From Octopus sinensis (taxonomy: Eukaryota), in the NCBI RefSeq assembly GCF_006345805.1, contig NC_043003.1:76260001-76324000 (forward strand): DNA of 64,000 nucleotides, read 5' to 3'. The first letter of the stretch is position 1. Every line of letters starts with the position of its first letter. Below the pieces are notes generated by a model. The model saw only the letters and a list, made by a program, of their open reading frames with translations. It did no database searches and was not told where the DNA came from. Positions 13,067 through 24,994 of this stretch are shown in pieces. Both the position numbers and the translations under genes were made by a program.

Positions 13067-13689
13067 CAATCTTATATAGGTATATAGTTAGACAGAGATA
13101 GATACATACATAGTGATATAGAGAGAGATGGAGATTGAAATGTATATGTGTGAATATATATATTCGTATGTGTCTATGTATGCATGTATGACTAAATCGT
13201 TAAGCTTTAAGCTAATACTCTATTTTCTATGCCTATTTCCTTCTATGATGGCTTGTTGTTCATTATAATAACACTATATATTTTCGTATGGATATGTGTG
13301 TGTGGAGGGGACATGTATGTAGGTGTATATAATACACATAGATTATTGGGTAGACAGAATCACCATCAGTGCAGATAATTGAGCGGTTGAGTAGTATATT
13401 ACTTCTTACAGCATATAACTGGTGAGAATGTTGCCGTTGTTTACGTGTGGAATGCTCAGCTAATATTGGCAATGCTTAGGATATGCTGACCGCAAGATCA
13501 TAACGTATTTGTAGACTCTGTAATTTGGTGGATGTTCAAAAACAAACTAGAGTGAATAAATTGAAACAGATTTTCTGGAGGAAAAGAACATTTGTTTCCC
13601 ATGCAATGCTTTTAGCCATTGGGTAAACGTGTAAGTCCTGCATACATGCACATACGTCCGAAAATGCACATGGCAACGTAACTAAAACA

Positions 13690-14030
13690 AAATTGCTCTT
13701 GGGATAAAAATTGTTAGATTTTAAGAAATCACCCGCATCTTGTGACAATTTGACTGTGATTCATCTCTACGCCAAGCAGATCCTGCTTCGTCTAATGCCT
13801 TTCCTATACGTCCCAACCATTCCAATCAGTTCTCGTTAATTTTGTAAAATGTTTCTTCCTCTTTTAATGTGGTTAATCATCCATCATTGTGCCTCTAGGA
13901 GTCTAAATGAAGACTTGCTAAATGAAGATCTGTTTGGTCCTAATGGGGCCCTCCGTTGACCCGACATACTTTTGAGCATTTCCTACACCTATGTGCATGT
14001 GAAAAATATTTCAGAAATCCACCGAAGGGT
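13690..14030 (-). pseudogene. Penelope-like element GIY-YIG endonuclease relic
   Basis: The minus strand reads KYVGSTEGPIRT, then after a shift KSSFRL and ELIGMVGTYRKGIRRSRICLA. This resembles the PLE pattern YIGxTEGPFKxR..HKSSFR..YxKGxRRCxLCLxE. Confidence 0.5.
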
Positions 14031-15119
14031 CTTTTCTTCACCCACTCAGAGAGAGAGAGAGAGAGAGAGAGTAAAAGAGAGAGATTAGGAAGCCAGAAAT
14101 CTTTACTGTGGTACTTTCTTTCAAAATGTTAGGGCTTGGCATAAAATCATACTGTCTTTCAATCCGTTGGCTGTCAGAATCTCAATATAATAGGGGCGGA
14201 AACCTCCTCGTGATCCTCTTTAAAATATCGATCTTTGACAGGGTGCAATATTAATGCACGACAGCTTTTCGTAGGCTTGCGATAATGGCTGCATGAGACT
14301 GTACCTAAATTGTGCAAATCGTCTACATAATAATAAACAATATTTGGTCTACATAATAATAAAAAGCTCTCGGGAATTAAGCGTATATCTCTTTCTAAGC
14401 CTGTCCATGGTGTACCCGATCACACCCCTAGAAATGTTTAAAGCATCGTATGTAGAGAAGTTAAAGACTTTTGTAGATATCTTCATATATAATTAGATAT
14501 GCAAATACTGGCAACTACAAGTAACCTTCTTTACATACACATATACACAAAACATACATATACACGCATCTTTGTGAATGTATGTGTTCTCCTGTGTATG
14601 TGTCCTCCTGGGTATGTGAGAGAGAGAAAAGTGAGAGAGAGAGAGAGAACCAGAGAAGATGATGATCGTTGGGAGTACATTCTTTTAAAAGGCCTGCATA
14701 CATGTGAACTTACGAATATTTGAGGATATATGTTTATAGAACCGTATAAACTCTATTGTCAATATATTAATGTATATATACACATACACACACACACACA
14801 TAGACACAAACACACACATACATAGATACGTATTGATATATATATGTGTGCCTTTGTGCATGTGTATAGTTAGTATATTTGTAACCTGTATGCAACTCAA
14901 CAGTAAGCAATTATATTAGGCAGTGCGTATATTCATCGTTTGAGATAAATGTATAGAGTAAAAATGCATGAATAAAATCCATGTAAAACAGGACATAACA
15001 AAGTAGAATTAGATGATTGATTGTCCGAAAAGTCTGGTACAAGCAAGATGCTGGGCGCTGTAGAAGCCGCTTGATACACGTACCGGATATGGAAGTGAAG
15101 AGTCATATGCAAAGTACGG

Positions 15120-15292
15120 GTGGGGAAAATGAAAAATGAGGAGAAATAAGAAGAGGGAAACAATGATATAGTGAATGCGTGTGTGTGATATTATATAAGT
15201 GAACATGAGAAAAAGTGGGAGATTTTAAAGGTATAGTGAGTGGATGAAGATGTGCAGTGCGAAAATAAAATGAAGAATTATGAAAGAGAGAA

Positions 15293-15330
<38 letters not shown>

Positions 15331-16480
15331 TTTGAGAGAAAAAAAAAGAGAAACCACGAACATGTGAAAATAAGAAAGGGAAGGGAATGGAAATGAAAAA
15401 GAGAGTGAATGTGTAAGGTGATATAGATTGAGATGAACTGTAAATGATAGGGAGAAAGTGAAGAAGAAAACTGTTGAAGAAGGAATGTGAAAGAGAATGA
15501 GGAACGAATTAAAGATTCAGCGAGAAACGTAGAGAGATATAGAAAACATTGAAGATAGAGATAGCAAAATAGAAGGAGGGACGAGGGAAATTTAGAGGAA
15601 CTAAATGGTGAAAACATGTAAATTGATAGAACTATATAGAAAATAATAGATAGGCATGCAAAGAAATGTGGTAGGTGAACGAGAAATTGGCAGAAGAGGT
15701 GAGGGAGACTTCAAATAAAGATGTAGAAATCTAAAGAAATATTGGAGAGAGAGGATGCATTCAGTAGGGAAACAGAATGAGGATAAAGAATGAATATTGA
15801 ACGTATAGAAATGCTTAAAGTTAAGGTGGATATGAATCATAAATCAAAGAGAGAGAACAAAAGGGAAGTCGAGTCATGTAGAGAAATGTAGGAGGAAAAG
15901 GATATGCAAAAGTGAAGGTGAGAGGAGGAAGAGTACGTGAGAGGGGACGTGAGAATAAAAGATTGTGTAAGACCTTTACTGCAATTTAGAAGAGTGAATA
16001 CAAAAGAGAGAACAGAGGAAGTGGAAGAAAGAGGAAGAAAGAGGAAGAAACAGTAAAGAATTTAAAAGGTGGGCCAAGAGAAATGTAGAAAAAGTCGGTG
16101 GGCAAAAGAGAAATAGTGAGTATAGGGATGGGAGTTGTATAAATGCTTAAAAAATGTAGAATAAGAGTGAAAGTATGAGGCATAGAGGTACTAAGGAAAT
16201 CAGAGAGGATTATAGAGGTGATGTGTGGGGTGTGTTGGATGAGAAATTTAAAGAATTGTTGATTATATGAGGAAAATTCTAAAGGGAAGGGTAATTGGAG
16301 TGGCGAGAGAGATACTAGGATAGTTGGAATGACCTTGATATCAAAAGTGAAATTGAAACCAAAGTGTAAGAAAATTAATGCCGAGAGAAAGTGTATGTGT
16401 TTAGTGGGGTGAGTAAGAGTGAGATAATGGTGGGAGAGAAGAAATAATGTGTGGGAGAAGGTGAATCAGATTGGGAAGGT
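15120..16480. repeat. ~1.4-kb purine-rich low-complexity tract (degenerate GA/GAA)
   Basis: The plus strand is strongly A/G-rich with very few C; the overlapping minus-strand ORFs are F/S/L-rich artefacts. Confidence 0.75.
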
Positions 16481-17513
16481 GATATTTATCCAGGAGAAGA
16501 AAAAAACAAGGAGAGAATTATAAGAGACAAAGATAGAGGCGAGATGGAAAGGCAATTAAAATACGAACTACTGTGAATGGGTGGAAATACGTGGAAATAG
16601 CAATTGTGAAAGAAGGAAAATATTAAGATACGAAAGCGAAAATCCGTACACGCATAGACACAAACACACACACATTTTATGTGTGTGTGTATGTGTGCGT
16701 ATTGTGTGTAGTGAGGGTTAAATGCATGCATATTCACATACACACACATATACATACAGATATATATGTATGTATATATATACACTTTTGCACACATACA
16801 TGTGTAGGTTTGTAAAAATGTATGTATAATGGTTTATATATGCGTGATTATTTGTGAGAGAGCGTTCAAAATTAAGTAGCTTGACGGGGTTTAGGTGGTG
16901 CGATAGAGGTTTTTAAAGATTAGGCGAAAGCAGCAGATTTAGACTGAAAACTATAGCTTGATTAATTCTGTTTGTCTAGAGACTGGCGATGTAGGATTAA
17001 CGATACTTGAGACGTTCAAGAATCAATGAATGAAAAAGCGAAATGCGTAATGCGTATATTTTACTTGCTGTCACGTAGAGCCGAGCAGGTTTATAACTTA
17101 GAAGTATTTTGTGGTTTATTCTAAAAGCCATTTCACGAAACTGACACAAGCAGTAATATCCATAAAACAATATCTCTATTTTTCTAAAATTAATCTGTCG
17201 GCTTCAGTAAAGATAAAGTTTAGAACAAAATGAATGTACCAAAAAAAAAAAATAAATAAAAAATAACAGTAAGTGAAATATTGCCAATTATGAAACTTTG
17301 TTATTTGTTTAATGGTAAAGGCAGTTAATAACTTTAGTTTTTGTTGTTGTTAATTTCGGGAGGGGTGCGTGGAGGGACTTTTAAAATCTCAAAGAAGACG
17401 TATATTCCTATATATGATCGAAACTAGGTACCAGGCAAGATATCTGTGGACAATGGTATCATGTAGTCAATCTATTATTCATGTGTTTTTGGTTGTGTAC
17501 AAACGTTAAAAAT

Positions 17514-17514
17514 A

Positions 17515-17593
<79 letters not shown>

Positions 17594-17597
17594 GTTA

Positions 17598-17629
<32 letters not shown>

Positions 17630-17716
17630 GTTGTTGTTGTTGCTGTTATTGTTGTTGTTGTTGTTGTTCTTGTTGTTCATGTTATTATTATTAAAATTAT
17701 CATCATCATCATCATA

Positions 17717-17759
<43 letters not shown>

Positions 17760-17799
17760 TATTATTATTATTATTATTATTACTATTATTATTATTATA
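17514..17799. repeat. (TTA)n/(TTG)n/(TCA)n microsatellite
   Basis: Direct reading. Confidence 0.95.
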
Positions 17800-17991
17800 T
17801 TTGCTGCGGAAAACATCGGACGTGCTTTCGAACGCTCCAAGTAAGTTCAGTTCAAAATATTTATTTACACCTGGATTGGTGTCTTTTTGCAATAATTCTT
17901 TTATTCCAAGCTGCGAATAGAAACACCAGGGACATGTTACTGGTCTTCTATGGTTGTTTTAATTTAAATGAATCAAATACAACTCAACAAG

Positions 17992-20900
17992 ATGGAGGAG
18001 CGAATATTCAAGCAGCAACAACAATAACGAGAACATTACCAAAAACAAAAACACATTCACGGCAGCGGCAGCAGCGAAGATGAAGGAACTTGTTACCGTA
18101 GACCTCACAAATGCTAACTCTGGCATGGAAATTGATAAAACAAGAGAAAACGTGGGCCATCTCCCTATTCCATCAGAGACAATTAAAGCAGTAGAGAGGA
18201 GACGGTACTTTTCAGATGCATCTCAGTAGACATGAAACGAGTAGCTTTAATAGTCCAAGTAGACATTGAGACGGCGCTGAGGTGCGTCAGAAATTACATC
18301 GAATACATAGCAAAGGTAAACAATACGGCACCATTTCGGTGTTGTTTAAGTCAGCGGGCCTCGCTATGAAACACTCAATAAGCCCCTGCAAAACCAGCAA
18401 TGTCATTATGTACCCCTCCCACATGGTGAAACGTACAGCATGTGTCCGCATTGATAGGATCGTTCCAGGACTAGATACGTGGTGGCTTCTGGGATGCGTA
18501 ATCGTGAAGGATGCGGATACTGTTGCAATAGAGGTGACAAGAACTGCCAGGGAGGACTGGTCCGAGGCTGACCTGGAAATACTGCTCTAGATCAGAACCG
18601 AAAGCATCACGGACCACATCCGTCTCCAGAACAGGACAATGATACAGATCATAACTGAGGGCAAAAGGCCACATTGTTTTGCGTGTGGAGAAACGACTCA
18701 CTTGCGGGCCACTGACCCAACTGGCACAAAGGGCAAGAAGTCAAAGCCCCCACCGCTGCCTACGCTGGGATGAGGACTACAAACAAGACGAACACCGGCA
18801 AAACCACCTGCAACAACACCAGACTTTAACCATCCTAGGAGGAAACGAGAGAAGCCCTCCCACCCACTCACACCAAAACAAAAATACACAACATTATAAC
18901 ATGCACAAATACACATAGCAACAGACCCTTCATCTTCCAGCGATGAAGATGAAGGAAAACCAAAATGTCCCAAAAACGAAAGTAAAACTCCACAAACTAT
19001 GACAACACCCACAATAATAAAAAAAAAATACAGACACCACTCGCAAACTATCTGCCCGAAAACACCAACACCAACACAAACACCATCACTATCACCAGAA
19101 TCGCGCAAACGCAAACAACCTAAACACGCACACAAACAAATTAAACATCACCAACACAAAACACCCAAATTTGTACTCATCAGAAGGAACAACGGAATCT
19201 GATGGTCCTCGTACCACAAAACACGGGATTTGAAACGTGAGGTGAGGCTGATATTCGAATAGAACACATTTCGCGTACCAGCAGATTTACTTCTGGTGCG
19301 AATGTTACTCCATTCCTAGACAAAAATTCGAGAGAGCTTTCCAGAGGACGTGAGATGCACATCGAGACTCTTAAAAGCGTTCCCAAAACACACTCCACAA
19401 TTATGGACGCCGATATAACCGACCTTCACAAGACACCAGAAGGTAAGTTAGCCTTCTTTTCTCTCTTTCGCTTGCCAACATAGCTACACTAAGAGTAGGA
19501 TTTTCGAATGTTCGAGGCCTGTGATCGCCCTGGTAACAGGGGCCCCTCCTCAATGGCATAAAATTGCTGACACTAAAACCAGAATTTTCAAAACAGGAGC
19601 AGTGGCCCCCATCTTCGACGACTGTCGGATCTTTGCATGTTAATCGACCGGGAGTGGAAAGTGGAGTGGCAGTGCTGTTTAAGAAAGAACTGGATGTCGA
19701 AGTAAAGTCGATATTCCGGGACCAATGGACTGGTGGCCGTGTTCGCTCCTGGCGGAGCCAAACTGTTAGAATTATTTAAGCATCTGAAAGCGCTTTACTG
19801 TTAGTAGGGGACTGAAACGGAATGTGAGATCAACGCTGGGATTGTGTGGGAGTGGCCGATAGAAGAGAGGGGTGCAAAAGCCTCAAGCAACTGATCAGCC
19901 AGTTCTAACTCTCTGACAGGTACCGACAAGATTTCCTTCATGCGCCCGTATGGACCTGGACCAACCGCTTAGAGTCATCTTGATCGTATATATATATATA
20001 TATATATAATATATATATATAGGATATTAACTAGTAAAATAGATAGTAATAGTGTAAGATGTCCAAGTTTTAAAACTGTTGACTATTCAGACCATAAGTT
20101 TGTAATCTTTTCAGTGGACCTAGATAAGATGCGTAGGTTAGGACCCGAGTACTGGAAGCTGAACATGTCGTTTCCGGCACGTAAGGCGTATAGGGACCGG
20201 GTCAGCAATTTAGTTAAGGTGATGTTAACAGGGAGTGTCATCACCAACAGGTGGTGGGCGGCTCTCAAAAGAGAGATTAGAGTAATATCGATCAGTTTTA
20301 GTAAAGAAATAGCGTTAGAAAAATATAAAGGGGACAGGGTTATTAGCTAAACTAGACGAGGCTGTTTCTAGTGGAATTGCAACCGACTTTCTACCAGTGA
20401 GAATGGCATTAGACCCTTCTTCTATGTGAAATATGAAGTATGCCTTTTCAGGCGCGTGCACTAAGAAACGAAACGATTGAAGCAATTCGATGAGCCCGCG
20501 TAGCGAATGCACAGCGTGGTAACAAAACCACAATTCGAGGACATGAGCTTAGCGATCCAGGCAGATGTGTGAGACCTTTCGCTAGCACATTGCTCGGTTG
20601 TTCGGAGAGAGTAGCGGGGATGGATGGTGGTGGAATTCAGTCCCTACCTTGACGGTTTGCCGCCACCCCCGACACTGTGAGGGTGCCGGACACATCAGAA
20701 ATCGAGGTTATCGGCATATTATTGGAGGAATATGACAAGTAGATGGAAGCAAAACTTAACCCGGAAAATTCGATGGGCTTGCAACTCGGCACCTGGAGAA
20801 GCAAATCCATGCCATCCAATAGTGTCGCTGAGAGCTGGACGGAGGGTCGGGCCGGTAAAGTTGCTTGAAGTTTGGTTCGGACCAGACCTCTAGGTAGATA

Positions 20901-21528
20901 ACAATTGGAACGAGGCGACGAGCAGGGTAACCTGCCTCACCTACAAATGTACTGAGAGGAAGCTATCACTGAAATGTCGGGCGGAGTTGGCGAATGAGTA
21001 CATCATGTCCGTCATCGACTAACGCTTGACATTCGTGCTTTACTCCCGATCGCGCCTCGCCAAGTTGGAGCACCTCCTCTTCAAATACTTGTGGAGAGGA
21101 CAGGTTTCATTGGTGAGGCGTTCATCTGCTGCCAACCCTCTCTACACGGAAGTCTGGCATGCCGTGGCTAATGAGGTGCGACATGTGCTGAAGCTACGGA
21201 ATCTCCAGATATTCTGCCTAAATAGTGAACAGGTGTGGTCGCCGCTTGTAAAACAGGCCTTTCCACAGCTCATCTTCTTGATTGAGCTGCAGTCTTGGGC
21301 CAGGAAGAGACCGAGGCTGGGTGACTGACATGTGGAATGTTGCCAGTCACTCACTACCCTCTACCAGTCGGGAAATGCGATCAGTGCTCCATCCACTCTT
21401 AAGTTCTGCAGGGCTAGTGGAGGGAAAGGTTGATGACCCACTTGGAGAGACGCGGGGCGTTGACGCAGTCAAACTAACTAGTCTGTCCAGCAGGACGTTC
21501 GAGCTGGGGACGATGGATAACTTCCAGA
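17992..21528 (+). mobile_element. Degenerate Tx1/L1-clade non-LTR retrotransposon: ORF1 (zinc knuckle, low-complexity C-terminus) and ORF2 (APE endonuclease, partly deleted RT)
   Basis: ORF1 includes GKRPHCFACGETTHLRA (CCHC-like). ORF2 motifs in order: TLRVGFSNVRGL, SGVAVLFKK, SDHK, LGPEYWKLNMS, WWAALKREI, AKLNPENSMGL, GPVKLLEVWFGPDL, RKLSLKCRAELAN, LEHLLFKYLWRGQVSLVRRS. Many stops and frameshifts; RT domains 1-4 are largely missing. Confidence 0.85.
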
Positions 21529-21534
21529 AATTCC

Positions 21535-21595
<61 letters not shown>

Positions 21596-22563
21596 GAGTG
21601 AGAGAGCAGTGCATGCCATCAAAGTGACACTGGGGTAAAATATACGAAGCCCAATATACCCATCATGACTACCAGTCTGATAAAGGTACACCAGGCACAT
21701 GCATCACAACCATATGTGCGCGACATGGCGATCTCATATCAAGATAAACAGCACATGACCTTGCAGGTGGGGCCCAGTTAGAATTTTCTTCGGGTTGAGT
21801 AGCTCATCCCGCTCAAAAGGTCCCTGAATAAGGGTTGTTTAAGGATGTTGAAAGAACCACCCATGTTTCCAGAGGTGAATTATTTAAACCCCGAAGAATC
21901 CCTCTCAACACATGGCTATGATGCTCCCCCACTACTTCTGCTCGTGATCAGAGATGCACATATCGTCAGCCACTAAGGGACATGCTCAACTGGTTAAGGT
22001 CAAACAACTGACAAGCAAATCTGTGGTATTGAGCAGAATATTTGCTGTAGCCCATCTTTTATACCATGACAAAACAATGTACATGATAACACTTCCAATC
22101 AGTTAAGATCAGAAGCCAAGAGAGCCATTGCCTGGTACTGCATCAGGGCATAGCAAATCCGTGGTATTGAGCAGAATATTTGCTGTAGCCCATCTTTTAT
22201 ACCAAGACAAAACAATGTACATGATAACACTTCCAATCAGTTAAGATCAGAAGCCATGAGAGCCACTGCCTGGTACTGCATCAGGGCTTAGCAAATCCGT
22301 GGTATTGAGCAGAATATTTGCTGTAGCCCATCTTTTATACCAAGACAAAACAATGTACATGATAACACTTCCAATCAGTTAAGATCAGAAGCCAAGAGAG
22401 CCATTGCCTGGTACTGCATCAGGGCTTAGCAAATCCGTGGTATTGAGCAGAATATTTGCTGTAGCCCATCTTTTATACCAAGACAAAACAATGTACATGA
22501 TAACACTTCCAATCAGTTAAGATCAGAAGCCATGAGAGCCACTGCCTGGTACTGCATCAGGGC
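21596..22563 (-). mobile_element. Non-coding interspersed element embedded in (TAA)n, with a tandemly amplified 5' monomer
   Basis: Both ends abut (TTA)n tracts (21535-21595 and from 22564). The minus strand ends ...CTCTCACTC(AAT)n like a retroposon tail, and there is no coding motif. Confidence 0.65.
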
Positions 22564-22565
22564 AT
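22014..22565. repeat. Four head-to-tail 138-bp units (starts 22014, 22152, 22290, 22428)
   Basis: AGCAAATC recurs with an exact 138-bp period; the units differ at only a few positions. Confidence 0.95.
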
Positions 22566-23776
22566 TATTATTATTATCATTATTATTATTATCATCATCA
22601 TCACCATCATATATTCGCATTATTTAATGATTACTTTGTAATTTTGAATGTCCTTTCACCATCAAATCCTTCCTAATTAGATGAAAGCAAAGACTGACTT
22701 CATTGAGTGCCCTCTGCAAACTTGCTTCCGTAACGTGCTGCGAGACAATTGGCTAGCAGTGCTCTTTGTTAATGATGTATCTGACCTTTTATTGACAAAT
22801 TCGATGATGATAATATTTCTTAAGTATATATCTCCGGACGTGACCTGCTCGGATTTAACAGCTGATTATTTTAGAGATCTTACTAAGAGAATACTTTATG
22901 TATGTACATGGCTTCTATATTTCCTGCTCACAAACCACCATTGTTACATTTCTATCCTCCATTGTATCTCAATGTGGACTACTTTGAAGGAGTTTCCTAG
23001 TCTAGGCAGTATCTATGTCTCAAAATCACACATTTCAGACCTATTTTCTACATTGGACCTGTTGGCTGACAATTGGCTAGCAGTTTGCTCAGCATGCGGT
23101 TATGAGAATCTCTGCTGTAACTGCGCACTTAAGAGATCCATTCGAAAACTAATGTGCAGCTCACACTTTCGAGTGTCTCCTGTGAAACGTATGGATATTG
23201 TATTTCCTATATTCTGTTATTAAATACTAACCGCAAGATTTATGTCATGGTGTTTGAGTTTTAGAAATAAGGAATCACTAGCATTGGTCGCGCAAAATAC
23301 CACATCTCTCTCAGAAAGCTCCTTCCGGCCTTGTCTTCAGTAAAATCAATATCAATAGATTGGTATAATCAAAACAGATTTCTTATTGCAGAAGGATTCT
23401 ACGTTCCCGTATGCATCCTAAATCACTACATTATATTCGTATTTATAATTTTTTCTGTCATATAGCCATCTTTTAACTTTATTTTCTTTTTCGTTTAACT
23501 ATTTGTTAAGATTTCTTTTTCTCTTTCGTTTAGCTATCTTTAATGAGTTAATGTTATGTGTATATTATATTGATTCCTAAGGTTTGCTTTGGTGTATACC
23601 GTCTAGCTCATTAATTTCCAAGTATTTGTAAGTCTGTCTGTCGTCTAATAATTTTTATCACGTTTTCTTTAGCTGACGGTATCGTTTATTATTAAAAAAT
23701 TGCATTTGAAATTACTCATAAAATCACAGTCTATTACATATAACATTATTAAACCTCATTGTGCACTACCTTTGTT

Positions 23777-23973
23777 AGAAGAAGAAGAAGAAGAAGAAGA
23801 AGAAGAAGAAGAAGAAGAAGAAGAAGAAGAAGAAGAAGAATGTGGAGGAGGAGGAGGGGAGAGAAGAAGAAGAAGAAGAAAGAAGAAGAAGAAGAAGAAG
23901 AAGAAGAAGAAGAAGAAGAAGAAGAAGAAGAAGAGAAGAAGAAGAAGAAGAAGAAGAAGAAGAAGAAGAAGAA
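23777..23973. repeat. (GAA)n microsatellite, interrupted
   Basis: Direct reading. Confidence 0.95.
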
Positions 23974-24754
23974 AACTGTGACACACTTTGGTACAAAACC
24001 AGGGCTCGTGTCATAGGTTCGGTCTTTCTGATAGCATAGGAGATGTAGGACCAGACACTTGCTGAAACAGACATGCAGAGAGATCGAACGCCGAAACTCG
24101 TGATGTAGAAAATAATTATTTGTGAAACGGAAATCAATCTCTTATATCTATAGCAATAGCAGCCAAATCCTTCGAGCGCAGGAAGCTGTATAATTTTACA
24201 GAATATTTAAATGTAAACATCAATGCAAACAAATACAAAAACATAAGAGTGTACTATATATGAAATAATTAATAATTAAACACAGAATTTAGAGACAAAT
24301 ATATATAGGAATAAATATTACAGTTTTATAATGATTATTTGGTAAAATGCCGGCAAATTTCTTAAAATTTTACAACTGATGTAATAAATTTGGTAAAATA
24401 TAATTACGTTTAAAAGAGAGAAACGCTGCGAAAGAAAATGGACTTAAATATCAAATCCTTAGCTGCAAGGACTCTACAGATAATTGGCCACATAACTTTG
24501 AAAAAAGAAAGAGCAACATAATGTTTCAAAAGAGAATTTGAAAAAAAAATATTGTACGAAAAAATAAAATCTAACATAGATACAATCACTTCCTTGCACA
24601 AACAGATTTATCTGCAGAGTAAAGACACGACAGAAAACATCAGCATAGACGCCAATGAAAAGATGTATAGATATCTAAGGTTTATATGTATATATTTGTG
24701 TGTGCTACTTATAAGTATGTGAGTTTTGGTTGAGCACATTACCTTGCGCGCATA

Positions 24755-24794
24755 CACATACACACACACACACATACACATATCTGTATATATT

Positions 24795-24865
<71 letters not shown>

Positions 24866-24866
24866 C

Positions 24867-24900
<34 letters not shown>

Positions 24901-24953
24901 GTATGTATATATGAAAATATATGTGTATACACACACACACACACACACACACA

Positions 24954-24990
<37 letters not shown>
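24755..24990. repeat. Compound (CA)n/(TA)n microsatellite
   Basis: Direct reading. Confidence 0.9.

Positions 24991-24994
<4 letters not shown>

Noticed and set aside
22014-22565. Regular repeats as a possible CRISPR array
   Set aside because: The units are contiguous with no unique spacers, there are no cas genes, and the context is eukaryotic.
22500-22565. HDV-like or hammerhead ribozyme at the 5' end of the 138-bp monomer (GCCCTGATGCAG...)
   Set aside because: CTGATG is not followed by A, no P1/P2/P3 pseudoknot could be built, and only a simple hairpin forms.
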